Assembly (NCBI RefSeq): GCF_009914755.1
Contig: NC_060928.1
DNA length: 64,000 bases
Strand: one strand, 5' to 3'
From: the human T2T-CHM13v2.0 reference genome, Homo sapiens
In this document: positions 30,524 to 43,383 of the stretch, piece by piece
Numbering within the stretch: the stretch's first letter is position 1
How the letters are laid out: the number at the start of each line of letters is the position of its first letter
Notes under the pieces: generated by a model
Databases searched by the model: none
Told to the model about the DNA's origin: nothing
What the model saw: only the letters and a program-made list of their open reading frames with translations
Made by a program: the position numbers and the translations under genes

Positions 30524-33500
30524 TAATTGTTATTGCTGTCATCATCACCATTTTTTTCATGACCAACTGCTCGATCCAGTGTAGGTTTTCTGGGGAAAAA
30601 ATAAATTTCATCTCAAGAACGTTAATTGCTGACCTTGTAAACAATGTGAACTACATTTCCTTTACTGAATCACAGCAGACTTAGAAAAAAAGAGAGAATA
30701 GAAATCAATTCAATGAGAGAAAAATGTTGCCTTCTATTTATTTAATACATCCCTTAGCTACAGAATTCTTATTTCCTCGGTTTAACAAAGTAGATTACAC
30801 AGCAGAGGCTGATGCACATTTATAAAAATATATGACATTTTGTTTATGTCAGTGGGGATGAGGAATCTTTTTTTTTTGGAGATAAGAGTACCAAAGGGCA
30901 GTGAGTGGCCCCTTAATCCTAATAGCAGATACTTCCATGAGTGAAAACCACAGTTAATGAAGCTCTGAAAGTGAACCTCTTTTTACATTTGTACTTGATT
31001 TTGAAACATGCAAAACATAGTTGAAGCCAGTGTGAGCTTCTCTTTCGTAAGGACTCAGAAGCTAAATATGGAGCCAAGTTTAACTATCCAATTAAATGTA
31101 CTGTTTACAAATGAAAACAATTATATTTTCAATTAACAGGAAGATGAAAAATGCAATTACTTTAGCTATGGCATATTTTATTTTATTTCTTTTTTGTTTG
31201 TTTGTTTGTTTTATTTTGACTTTGTGCTGCAGGCAGAGTTAATTAACTCTTTCAGCAAAGGAAAAGAAAAACATTAAACAATGATTATGTGTGAATTTCC
31301 TGGAGTGATCCCAGTTAGGTAGCAGGGGCTTGATTGTCTGATTCTGTGAGCTCTAAAAGAAACCCCAAGGTAAATAGAAGTACTGCAGATAGTGTAACCA
31401 TGAGCAACAGGTATTTTTGTGTCAAAGGACCAAAAACTGTCCTTGTAAGTGTATAGGTCTTTGGTATATTCTAAAAGTTAATTTTTAAGTTGAGAAAGAT
31501 AAAAGGACAAGTGGTATCCTGAAGTTCATGTGTCATAAAAATTATTTTGTGGTAGAAAGGCTAAGTCACTAAATATTCATTAAGAAATAAGTGTTGTGTA
31601 ACCATTTATCTAATCATTGTACTAGGAAATAGCTACAAAAGTAAATACCATAATACAATACAATACATACAATAAAACTGCTCTTAATGAGTAGTTCTAC
31701 TGTAATCAGAGTCACATGAAGCCATGACATAAGAATGCTTTATTTCATATATCTTATTTCATGGTACCCTAGCTGGGTTACTCTAGTAACTTGGTTAAGC
31801 ACTAGTTTCAAAGCAGGATGGTCAATTCTTCCAACACATACAGGCCAATATAGATTGTTTTTTCCTACAAATTCTTGAACTTCAGATTTTACATTTGGAT
31901 TACAGTCTTTCTCAAGAACAATCATTTTGCAACATGTTTTCATTCCTGGATTTGATCTTAGTAGGACTACCAAAATGCAAGAAAGTACAAAATGTTAAAA
32001 AAGAAAACCTCAAAGCATTTTGGTAGTCGTATTTTTATGTTTGATATGAACATTATTTAAACCAATGAAATACAATATATTGCAATACAATATTTCAAAG
32101 TAGCATATTCTTTTAAGAGATTTCCTGTTACATAGTCAGGCTATTTAATTTGCTCAGTATAATGATTAAAATAAACTTTTCTGGTGATAATGTCTATTGT
32201 GAGTATTCTAATTGGTCCACTCTGATTGTCTTGAAAATTCCCTAAGAAATTAACTCTTTTTTATAGATATAAGTGTTTTGGCAAATGTCACAGATTTTTT
32301 ACAGAAGGATTAGAGAATTTTTTTCACTCTTGTCTTTTTGGTATGTATGTGTTTTATATAAGACAAGGGTGTATTCCAAAGCTACATCTAGCAAAATTTA
32401 TGTTTTAGTGTTTCAAAAAAAAATCTGTGCCATGACAGTCATTAGATCTGATCATGACACTTTTGAAATATTTAGCCAAAGTCCTCTTATTCCACCGAAA
32501 CACAGTTGGAAGCAATTATTTAAAACCACACATAATTTATCTGGAGGTTTTAAAACATGCCTTTGTATATAAATAGCTTTTTTCTTCCATACTGCTTTGC
32601 TTAGTTCAACTGGGAAGGCAATTAATTTTTAAAGAGTTGAAAGACCGTTCCAAAATACATTTATCTCTGCTGATCCCTAAAATTTTTCTGAGTGAACCAA
32701 ATACCTAATAGACTCTACAGATAACTCTCTTGTGTAGCTCTTATCTCAGCCATAATGTTACATTCGTGTGATTATCTAACAAATGCCAGTGTTCCCTCTG
32801 CACTGTATGCTTGTGGAGAGAAAGACCATCTCCCATTGCTTGTTATTGCTCTCTAGCACCATTTCAGTGCCTGTAGTTGCATGTAAAAATTGTTCAATAC
32901 TTATTTGTTAAATGAACTTTATGTAATGGGGGACACTTTGTGAAAAGTCAGTAATCACTCCTTGACTTAGTTTCACTCTTTTCATAAAGTCTAATCATAT
33001 ATACACAAAAACTGTTGTACATATCTATTGTTCAAGTAGGGAATAATATGTAAAATGTTTTTAGTCATTCAGTAAAATCACATACTAAAAATCAATGTCA
33101 ATTTGGTTTTTTTTTTCTGTCATTGTTGATTTGACAGAAAAATCAATGTTGATTTGTTTTCCCCCCCAGTGGACAGAAATTTTTCAAGTCAAAAATTTAT
33201 TAAATACTACCTGTTATTTGAAATCATTTCTTTTAAAGACATTCAAAAAATTATGACATCTTATTCGTTCTCACATCGTCACCATGAGATAAGTACTATT
33301 TTTCAACTTGCAGAGGAAATGTCTTCTACTCAAAAAAAGAAGACTATTTGGTTATATTGGTTTCTAGATTAATAAATGCCCTTGGATATATAACATCTAA
33401 CAACTTAAGGAAATTCGATAAACATTTAGAAAATTAATAAGTATAAAAAGTGTTATGACCCAAAGCATAGTTTATATACTATCAAGTAAAAATGAGCTAT

Positions 33501-35861
33501 AAAATTAACCATAATTTCACAGAAAAGAGTATTTGTTTGGAAGTCTAACAAAGTTGAGACATTATACAGAGAGACACTGTATGGGTCGATATCTCAAGTA
33601 AGCCATCATCTAAGAACCTTGCAAATGATCCATCTGAATTATATATATGATCCATCTGAATTATATATACATTATAATAAATTATAAATATGGCCAACAG
33701 TTAATTTCTTTGGTTTTTCTAAGGGTAAGTTACCCCAGTAGACAGTAATATCAATAGAATGTTTTTCATTCAGAAAGATTCATAAGACTCCACAAACTGA
33801 AATAATAGAATTTTGGAACAAGAACCTCTCTGCATCACTCAGACGACTCCTTGGAGAGTTTTAGGAAGGCCAGTTGTAATTAGTTGAAACTTGTCTTTGA
33901 ACAGGCGTCTAGAGCTATTTCTTCTAGTAAGAAAAACGCCTGAAGGCACTAAGTGATTACAGGAATCGAAACCAAGATTTTACTTAAAGGCATGTGTGTA
34001 ACATATCATGCGTACTCTCCTCAAAATGCCCTATGGATCTTTTTTCTTTTCTTTAATTTAGGCTCCCCAAAAAAATAACTTTAATGTGTGCCAAATGATC
34101 CATTCTACTTCTTGCCAGGTCTGGCATGATATGAAGCCTGACAGGGACAATAAGGGGACAAAGCAAGGAGGAGTACTGAATTACTTTTCTTGCTTTTTTT
34201 TTTTATGTTAAGGAACAAGCCCAAAGAAAAACATAGATCATTGTGACAAATGCATTGTATCTTTATAATTCATTGTAGTTGGCAAGAACTCCTACCAAGT
34301 AATAAATGTTAAGCAAACCAGAGCCACCATTGCATAGGTAGGGGTATTCTTCCACTACAGTCACATCATTTGGCCTCAGCTCAAACTACTGACTTTGTCT
34401 TGATGATTTTCTTCATTGCATTAGTAAGTTAGCAAAAGTGGGTGGGGGTGGGGATCCCTGCTTTATTCCTCCTTCACTGTGTGTGAGCAAATGCATGCAT
34501 GGGTGGCTGAGGTGCGGGAAAGAAGAAGAGAGAATATGCAGAGGTTAGGGGATTTTTAAAAACATGTAAGTTTTGTTTTATTTTGTTAGTTTAAATTTGC
34601 CCTTAGGTATTGTTCAAAATGTCCTCATTTCCTTTATGACACAAGGGCTTTTAGAGGAATGACTGAATTAAAAGACAGTTTATAAAAGTTGCAAGATATA
34701 GGGAAATGATTGTTTACAAAATAAGGCATTGATGAGGAAGGAGACAGAAGTGTTGCTGGGATGACTCTTCAAGGGGAAAGTGAAAGTTCAGTGACTGACA
34801 GGAAAACAATCATAGCTTCTGTGCTTCATAGAGCTGGCCTGCCACTCATTGCCCCTTTTTCACTCTTTGATTCAAACATATACAGGAGGGAGAAAGTGGC
34901 ATTGAGCCTCCTCCAGCTGACAAAGGACCAGAGAGGCAAACCGAGGCTGTTAGTCTACCACCATGCTATTCATACCATGCCCTCTCCTGAAATGCTCATA
35001 CACCCACTCTCTACATGTTATAAACATAAAGCCTTAGTCAAATAGCCACCTCCGCTATGACACTTTCTTTGACCACTTTTGCCAAAGTGGCGTCATCCCC
35101 CTCTACAGAGCTAAGTAATGATTCTTTAAGAAACCCTCACAATGCTTTTTGCTCTCCATCTCTTAGCCAAAAACAAAACAAAACAAAAAAGTCTTTGGTT
35201 GTTTAAGCTAACACAAATTACTTCACTCCCTTATGCCTGAGTTTCTAAATATAGAAAAATGGAGATAAAGTCAGTAACTACCTCACAGGGTGATTTCGAG
35301 AATTATATAACTGAATTGCTACAGAGTGAACAATGCAGGTGAAGAGATAGGTGCTCAATAAATGTGAGACATGTTAACTATCATGACTACTACTGCCATT
35401 GGTGAGCACACATTATATAGTTCCCTTTCTTGAGCTTTGCTTTTTATTCAGCAAATTGATCGAACGCATCCTCTGTGCAAACAACTGTAGTTGGTGCTAC
35501 AGAACACACAAAATCTATAAGACACCATTACCTGGCCTAAGGAGCTTGTAATCCTTTCAAAGAGATAAAACACATTACTTTAGTGTTGGAACAAAGCACA
35601 AAATTATAAGAAAACTTCCAAGGAAAGTTCAAAAGATGGATCAATTAGTGGTTTCTCCAAACCTGCTTTAGTATCAGAATCCCCTTGGGAAAGTGCTGTT
35701 TAAAAATATAGATTCCCAGACACCAACCCAAAAATAGTAAATAAGAATCTCTGACTTGTAGCCAAGGAAATTCAAGTGATTCCAATGATCACCCAGTAGG
35801 AAATCCCTAGAATAGTCACGTACAATTGGAAATAAAAGGCTTTCTGTTAAAAGGTGGTCTT

Positions 35862-36173
<312 letters not shown>

Positions 36174-37732
36174 TTATAAGAGTTAGGATAGAAGGAAGAA
36201 AGAGTGGTGTCACTTAAAAGAGATGAGTTAGTTCCTAGCCAGTGATCTTCTCAATAAGGATGAAATATTATCTTCTGCTAAGAATCAAACAGGTGAAAAT
36301 ACAGTTCAAGGTTTGGGAAATGTGGAGAAAGTTGGAAGAGTTGTAACATGTTTTACAGGGATAACTAGAGGTGAATTAAACTGAGGGTCCATTATGCTAC
36401 AATATCTCTCACTGCAATTTCCAAGGCCAGTTTATACCTAGGCTAGGGTCATTCTTCTTAAATTCCCAGAAGCTTATATAAATGAAAATGCACTGACATT
36501 ATCAATAAAAGTGAATTTTTAATATCACTGACAATAGGATCATTAACTATTGTGAATTCTTCATGTCTGTTAACAACCTTGTTTCTTTTGCCAAGTATAA
36601 AATTTCAAATTTGATCTCATGAAAAGTCTAGGAGTCAGATTCTCATAAATAACAACAGATCTATCCATTTGCTCTTTGTTGATCTGTAGCTGGCATCTGA
36701 ATATATGAATTCCCCTAGGGTGAGAATGAGACTCTATAATTAAAGTTAATTGGTGTTGCTTTTCACCTGTTTTTCTTCTTGGTGAGTGAACTCTTTTATT
36801 CCTCTCATTTTTCCACATCAAATTCTCAGTATTGCAATGGGTCTCCCACAGTTCCAGGCAGTTTCTGGTTCTTGGGGGGAAATGCTCCTGTGGCATTATT
36901 GATTGCAGCCTTCATGAGAAGGACAATGATTTACTGTGTTGCTTCCTGTGCAGCTGTGAATTTGCTGTACAGTGACAGGGCCTTCCGTGGCATCCTCTGT
37001 CTCAACTTGACAGGAGATCTGGAGAGTGAGCTAGCTGTATTGAAATGAAAGTGTCCTCACCCCAAATCACATTCTGTCCCTCAAACTAAACCCAGGTCAG
37101 TGAGAGGTTAGCGAAAACACGGTTAAGAATGTGCTAAAGGGTGATACTGAAATTGAGGCTGTCCCCACTGTCTTCTCAAGGCCTGTAACCCGGCTTGCCC
37201 TCCTAAAAGCTTCATGCTGTCATTCCTTGCCGCCTCCTTATTTTCCTAGGCTTTCCACAACTGCCTGCTTTCTTACCCATACTCCCAATACTGCATGCTA
37301 TGATTTTGGGGAGGACACATTCAGGCCATTGCACACCTGAACATTCTTTTTTTTTTTTTGGCTAGAGTATCAGAATGGGCACTTGACCTTAGGCAGCACT
37401 GTGTTTGGACTTATACATTGTTCATGTCAATGTTTGGTTCTAAAAGGAAAAACTGAAAACCTATTGCAAATGGACTCCACTGTATTACTGTGGCTGTACC
37501 ACATTAGTCTTTATAATGATTATAACAATAGCTGCCTGGTATGGAGAACTTAATATATACCACATAATGTGGTGAACACTTTGCATATACAATACAATTT
37601 AAGATAAATATTCCATTCCAGGGATTAGGAAAACTGAAGCTCAGAGGGATCATGTTATCTTGCCAGTACATAGTCAGGAAGTAATGATAACAGAATTTCA
37701 CCCACGTTTTCCTAACTAATACTCATACTGTT

Positions 37733-38043
37733 CTTTTATTTATTTATTTATTTATTTATTTTGAGACACAGTCTTGCTCTGTCATCCAGGCTGGAGTGCC
37801 CTGGTGCAATCTTGGCTCACTGCAAGCTCCGCCTCCCGGGTTCACACCCTTCTCCTGCCTCAGCCTCCTGAGTAGCTGGGACTACAGGCACCTGCCACCA
37901 CGCCCGGCTAATATTTTGTACGTTTAGTAGAGACAGGGTTTCACTGTGTTAGCCAGGATGGTCGCGATCTCCTGACCTCATCATCTGCCCACCTCGGCCT
38001 CCCAAAGTGCTGGGATTACAGGCATGAGCCACCGCGCCTGGCC
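37733..38043 (-). mobile_element. AluY with (TTTA)n tail, inserted in a MIR
   Basis: ctgcaagctccgcctcccgggttcacacc...gtgttagccaggatggtcgcgatctc. TSD aatactcatact at 37718-37729 and 38044-38055. Confidence 0.94.
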
Positions 38044-38716
38044 AATACTCATACTCTTAACTATTACATTCTCCTTTTCCAAAAATCTCAGTCCTTTAAT
38101 TATTTTCCCTGCTTAAAATTTCCTAAACCTTATCCACACCTCATTATCATTCTTTGACTTCTCTTTGGTCATAAATTATTTATTATGTGTATCCTTCCAT
38201 CTATCTGTGTACTTGCACATTGTTTTGCAGGTAAAATCCATATTGTCCATTTATTTTGTGCTCACTCAACACCTGGTATATCAGTGTTATGCTTTTGGAG
38301 TCTTTGGAACCGTTAGTTTTCTATATGGATCATACCCTGACTTATCATAAGTGGAAGTGATAAGAATGGCCTGGGGGTAGGACAAGAAGGGAGAGAAAAT
38401 AAATAGTTATCACTGATTCTCAGAGGGATGCCGAGACTAAACTGACCCTACCATCAGATTGTTAGATATGATCTTCTTGAATGCTGTTTGCTACACCTCC
38501 TATCTACATGCCTACAGGCAGCCTTCACCCAGAGCTAAAAGAAAGTGGAATCCAAATGTTTAAAAAATATTTATTTAGAAGCTTAAGAACTCTACCCAAA
38601 GTTCTCAGGCTAGGATTAGTAACATTAGGTTGTAATGTCCACTCTTCTCTTTCTTCCATACTCTGAGATGTTCTCCCCAGTACCAGCTTATCTTGTTATG
38701 CATCTTAGAACAATTC

Positions 38717-39165
38717 TTTTTATTATTATTATTATACTTTAAGTTCTAGGGCACATGTGCCCAACGTGCAGGTTTGTTACTTATTTATACATGTGCCATG
38801 TTGGTGTGCTGCACCCATTAACTCGTCATTTGTATTAGGTATATCTTCTAGTGCTATCCCTCCCTCCTCCCCCTACCCCATGACAGGCCCCAGTGTGTGA
38901 TGTTCCCCACCCTGTGTCCAAGTGTTTTCATTGTTCAGTTCCCACCTATGAGTGAGAACATGCGGTGTTTGGTTTTCTGTCCTTGCGATAGTTTGCTCAG
39001 AATGACGGTTTCCAGCTTCATCCATGTCCCTACAAAGGACATGAACTTATCCTTTTTATGGCTGCATAGTATTCCATGGTGTACATGTGCCACATTTTCT
39101 TAATCCAGTCTATCATTGATGGACATTTGGGTTGGTTCCAAGTCTTTGCTATCGTGAATAGTGCC
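38717..39165 (-). mobile_element. Short 5'-truncated L1PA (3' UTR and end of ORF2)
   Basis: ttattatactttaagttctagg...catgtgccatgttggtgtgctgcacccattaactcgtc; closely similar to 10350-10790. Confidence 0.94.
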
Positions 39166-39276
39166 AATATATGAAAGTCCCTGGGGAATCTTGAGAGCCT
39201 TTTGGGCCAGCATCAAGACTCACTGAGCTGTAATTTAGTGCTTAATGCCATAAGGAATTTGGAATCAATTTTTATA

Positions 39277-39607
39277 CAGTCATGGATCACTTAGTGATGG
39301 GGATACATTCTGAGAAATGCATTGTTAGGTGATTTCATTGTTTTATGAACATCGCAGAGTGTACTTACACAAATCTAGACGGTATAGCCTATGAAACCCA
39401 GGTTATATGGTATAGGTGTATTTCTTCTAGTCTACAAACCTGCACTGAAGACTGTGGGTAATAGTAGCACAATGGTAAGTATTTATGTATGTAAACATAT
39501 TTAAACATAAAAAGATAAAGTAAAAAGATGGTGTTATAATCTTATGGGACCACTCTTATATATATGGTCTGTCAGTGACCAAAATGTCATTATGAGGTAC
39601 ATGACTG
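39277..39607 (-). mobile_element. Tigger3a/MER7-type MITE, opposite orientation to the 25.4 kb copy
   Basis: TA-cagtcatg...catgactg-TA; internal ttataatcttatgggaccac. Confidence 0.85.
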
Positions 39608-41725
39608 TAATTTTCTGTAATGTGTGTTGCAGCTCAGGCACTACTGGGAATATTGGGTCACAGTACAAGTCCTCTTTTTTCATCACAACTACAGAAAAAT
39701 TACTTCAAAATGCATCAACTATTATCTCATAGAGTGTAGCCTCTCATAGAAAGACCATAAGAGTAATAATATCTACAAAGTGGATCTGTTCTCACGTTAC
39801 TCTTCTTTCTATGACAGTATGTCCATTTGTTATATATGGAATGCCATTATTTGCAGTGATCTATATAGCTTGAGTTTTAAATCAGTATACTTTTATCAAA
39901 CGGTATACCTTTTTGTTCTCATCTAGAAACAAATAGACAGAGTGTAGTATCCAGTATTGCTTACCACCATATACAAGGTAAAGATTCACCACAATTTACC
40001 AATACTCTGAGCAATTTAGTTGCTGACAAATATAACTGGCTATTCAAACATGGGTAAATTGCACTTCTACAATTATTCATTAGGGCTCCTATAATAAGTA
40101 TTTCAGATGCCTACTTAGCTGGGTTGCTTTCATTTCTAATTCATAAAGGTTTAAAACAGATTTGAGAAGCTGATTATGCAAGGGTTGGGGTAAAGTGGAG
40201 AAATAGAGGGCTTTGCAACTGCCTGCATTTTGTACGTACACATTTACAGTATTACCAGACCTATTTCTGAATAAAGAGACCAGCCTCTTGGTCCCTCTGA
40301 CAATTGTTATCAGGACTGAATGGCATTCAGTTTTTATCAAGCCTCTTCTCTGAGTTATTGAAGCATCCCATAATATCATCAAGTAAGTAAACGTTGTGCA
40401 TGTAGCTCTTGCCATTATCATGGAAAATAGCAAGTAGTTCTCATGAACTTGCACAGGAATGGTGCAAGTAACATCCCTTTCATAACAGCAACGTATCCAC
40501 ACCATTTCATTTGTCTAGCCACATAGACACATAGAAAGGTAGGCTATTCCTTTTATATCTATTGGTAAATTTTCTTTCGAATAACTGCTGAGAACTTCAC
40601 TCCTATAAGCAGTTGGTGCTGCTGGTTGAAGAAAATAGATACATTATCTAAAGTAATAGATAAGTCTCATTAAGAAGATGGAATAGACTAATTCCCAGCA
40701 TATCTCCCATGCGTGGGAAAACTAAATTGTGAAGTAGAGCAGTAACACATCAATTATCCTTTCTGCACGGAATTAGACGAGCCTCACTGCTACTTTGTAT
40801 CACATTATGTAATTTTTTATAAATAACCATTTATGTCAGATCACCTCAGTTTGCTGCCTTATTAAAAAAAGATAGCTAACACTTCTAGCTTACTAATCAG
40901 ATTTATTCCTGAAACTACTTAGGAATCCAGGTAGTCTATTTAAAATTTACATGTGTACTTAAGGAATCCTTATTCCTACTAAGGAAATAGTGTTAACATA
41001 TGCCCAAAGAGGTGATGTTTTATATTAACCTAAAAATAAAATGCTATACATTTAATGATGTTACAATTTTAACGAAGATCGGCTTCTACCAACTAAAGTG
41101 AAGCTAGCTATCACCATTTAGAACAAAGTTTTTGAAGATCTTGTGTTAAATAATGACATAATCAGTTTAAGTAGTTGATCAGGTTTGCCACATCAAGTTA
41201 TCATATGTGAAGTGCTAGAAAACAATTCAGTTTCTTCAGTAGTTTAAATCTCTCTTGCTTTTTGTCTACATAGTTAATCTTTATTAACTTATTATGTTCA
41301 CAACACAGGAGTTAAGTTAATGAAAGCTTGTATATGAAGAATTTGCTTGCTAAAGTAAATAATAAAATTTGGTACTTACCTGTTTTAATTTATTGACTGT
41401 GTGGTAAAAAGTGAAACACCATAATGACAATAGAAATGCTTTGCAAATTATGAAGTGATATTTTTAAAAAGAAGGATATAACATTTATATGTATCCTAGT
41501 TTTTAAAAACATCTTACTTATTAACGAGGAGAAGAAGAAGCATACATTCTAAAGCTTCTGGGTCTAAGATTAGTTTCACTCCAGATATGATTCAGAGGGA
41601 GAAGGAGGAAAGTCAGAAGGAACATTCCAAAATTGGAAAAGTGCTAAAAGGGAAAGTGGCCCCTAAGTGACACCCATCACTCTGCAATCATGACATTGCT
41701 GCTGTGCTGCGTATTTCACAATCTA

Positions 41726-42124
41726 TGTTTCTTAGTCTGCCCAGGCTTTCCAAACAAAATGCCACAGACTGGGTGGCTTAAACAATGGAAATTTATTTCT
41801 CACAGTTCTTGAGGCTAGAGGACCAAGATCAAGCAAGGTTTCAGCAAGGTAGATTTCATTCTGAAGCCTCTTCTCTTGGCTTGTAGGGAAGCTGCCATCT
41901 TGCTGTGTGCTCACAGGACGTCTTCTTCATGTAAAGAGAGAGCAAACATGATGGTGTCTCTTCTGATAAGAGCACTGGTCCCTTCAAATCAGGTCCCCAT
42001 TCTCCTGACTTCATCTAACCCTAATTACCCCCCAAAGGCCCCATCTCAAAATATCATTACAATGGGGCTTAGCGCTTCATCATATAAACTTTGGAGGGGC
42101 ATAAACATTCAGTCCATAATAACA
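41726..42124 (-). mobile_element. MaLR solo LTR (MLT1A-like)
   Basis: cttagtctg...ccacagactgggtggcttaaacaatggaaatttatttctcacagttct...aacattcagtccata. Confidence 0.85.
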
Positions 42125-43047
42125 TGAGATTGAGTGCTTTTGTTTTTTACGTCCATGACAAATCAAGTTAACAAATATTTATTGAGTGAATACAGAAGGA
42201 AAGTCACAATGCTTGTGGTGTAATGAATAGGATGAAATACATATTTTAAGATTCCTGTCCTCAAGGAGTTGATAGCCTGATTGAGAATATAAGAAGTGCA
42301 TCAGAAGAAAAACATGCATCAAATATAAATAATAATTCAGAGTGAAAACAGAGACGTCTCAAGGCAGTGTATGGTTCAATACTAAATGGGCAGTTCTCAG
42401 GAACATTTTTGCAGAGGAGATGGAATCTGAGTCCTGAGAGATGTTCTTCACAGAAGCATGAGAAAAGAATGCCCTCTTGTCATTCACTTATTCACTCATA
42501 TTTACTAAAGGATATTATGTGTCAGAGGTTAGAAATACAAAATTAATAGTGCATAGTTTAGTATCTGCCCTCAAGGAGGCTAACATCCAAAAAAAAGAAA
42601 GAAAAACACCACTAAATTCAAGATCAAGTCTCAACTCCTTAAATAACTTACAGGCCTTGCTTCTCCAGCGTGGTTCTGGTTCTCCCCATATTCATGCTCA
42701 GTCTCAGGGAACTCCGTTCGTCTTTTCAGAATGCCTGTACTTTCTTCCTGCTGGACTTTTGCACAAACTGCTTCCTCTACCTAGAGTACTCTTTTCCCAA
42801 TCTCCATGCCATCACCTGTTCTACTAATTCCTAATTTCTCATCTAAGACAACACTTACTCCAAAATGTTGTTCCTAAACTGACCATCCTTCTAAAACCAA
42901 GGTCTGGTGACCTTTGCACGGTGCCTTCTCTTGTGCTGCCCCATTCCGGGCATGTGACCACCCTGCAGTGGAACTATCCAGTACTGGAATTGGAGGTTAA
43001 CATCCAAGGAACAGTTTTGGGATTTTTTCCTCCATTTATAAAACCTT

Positions 43048-43383
<336 letters not shown>

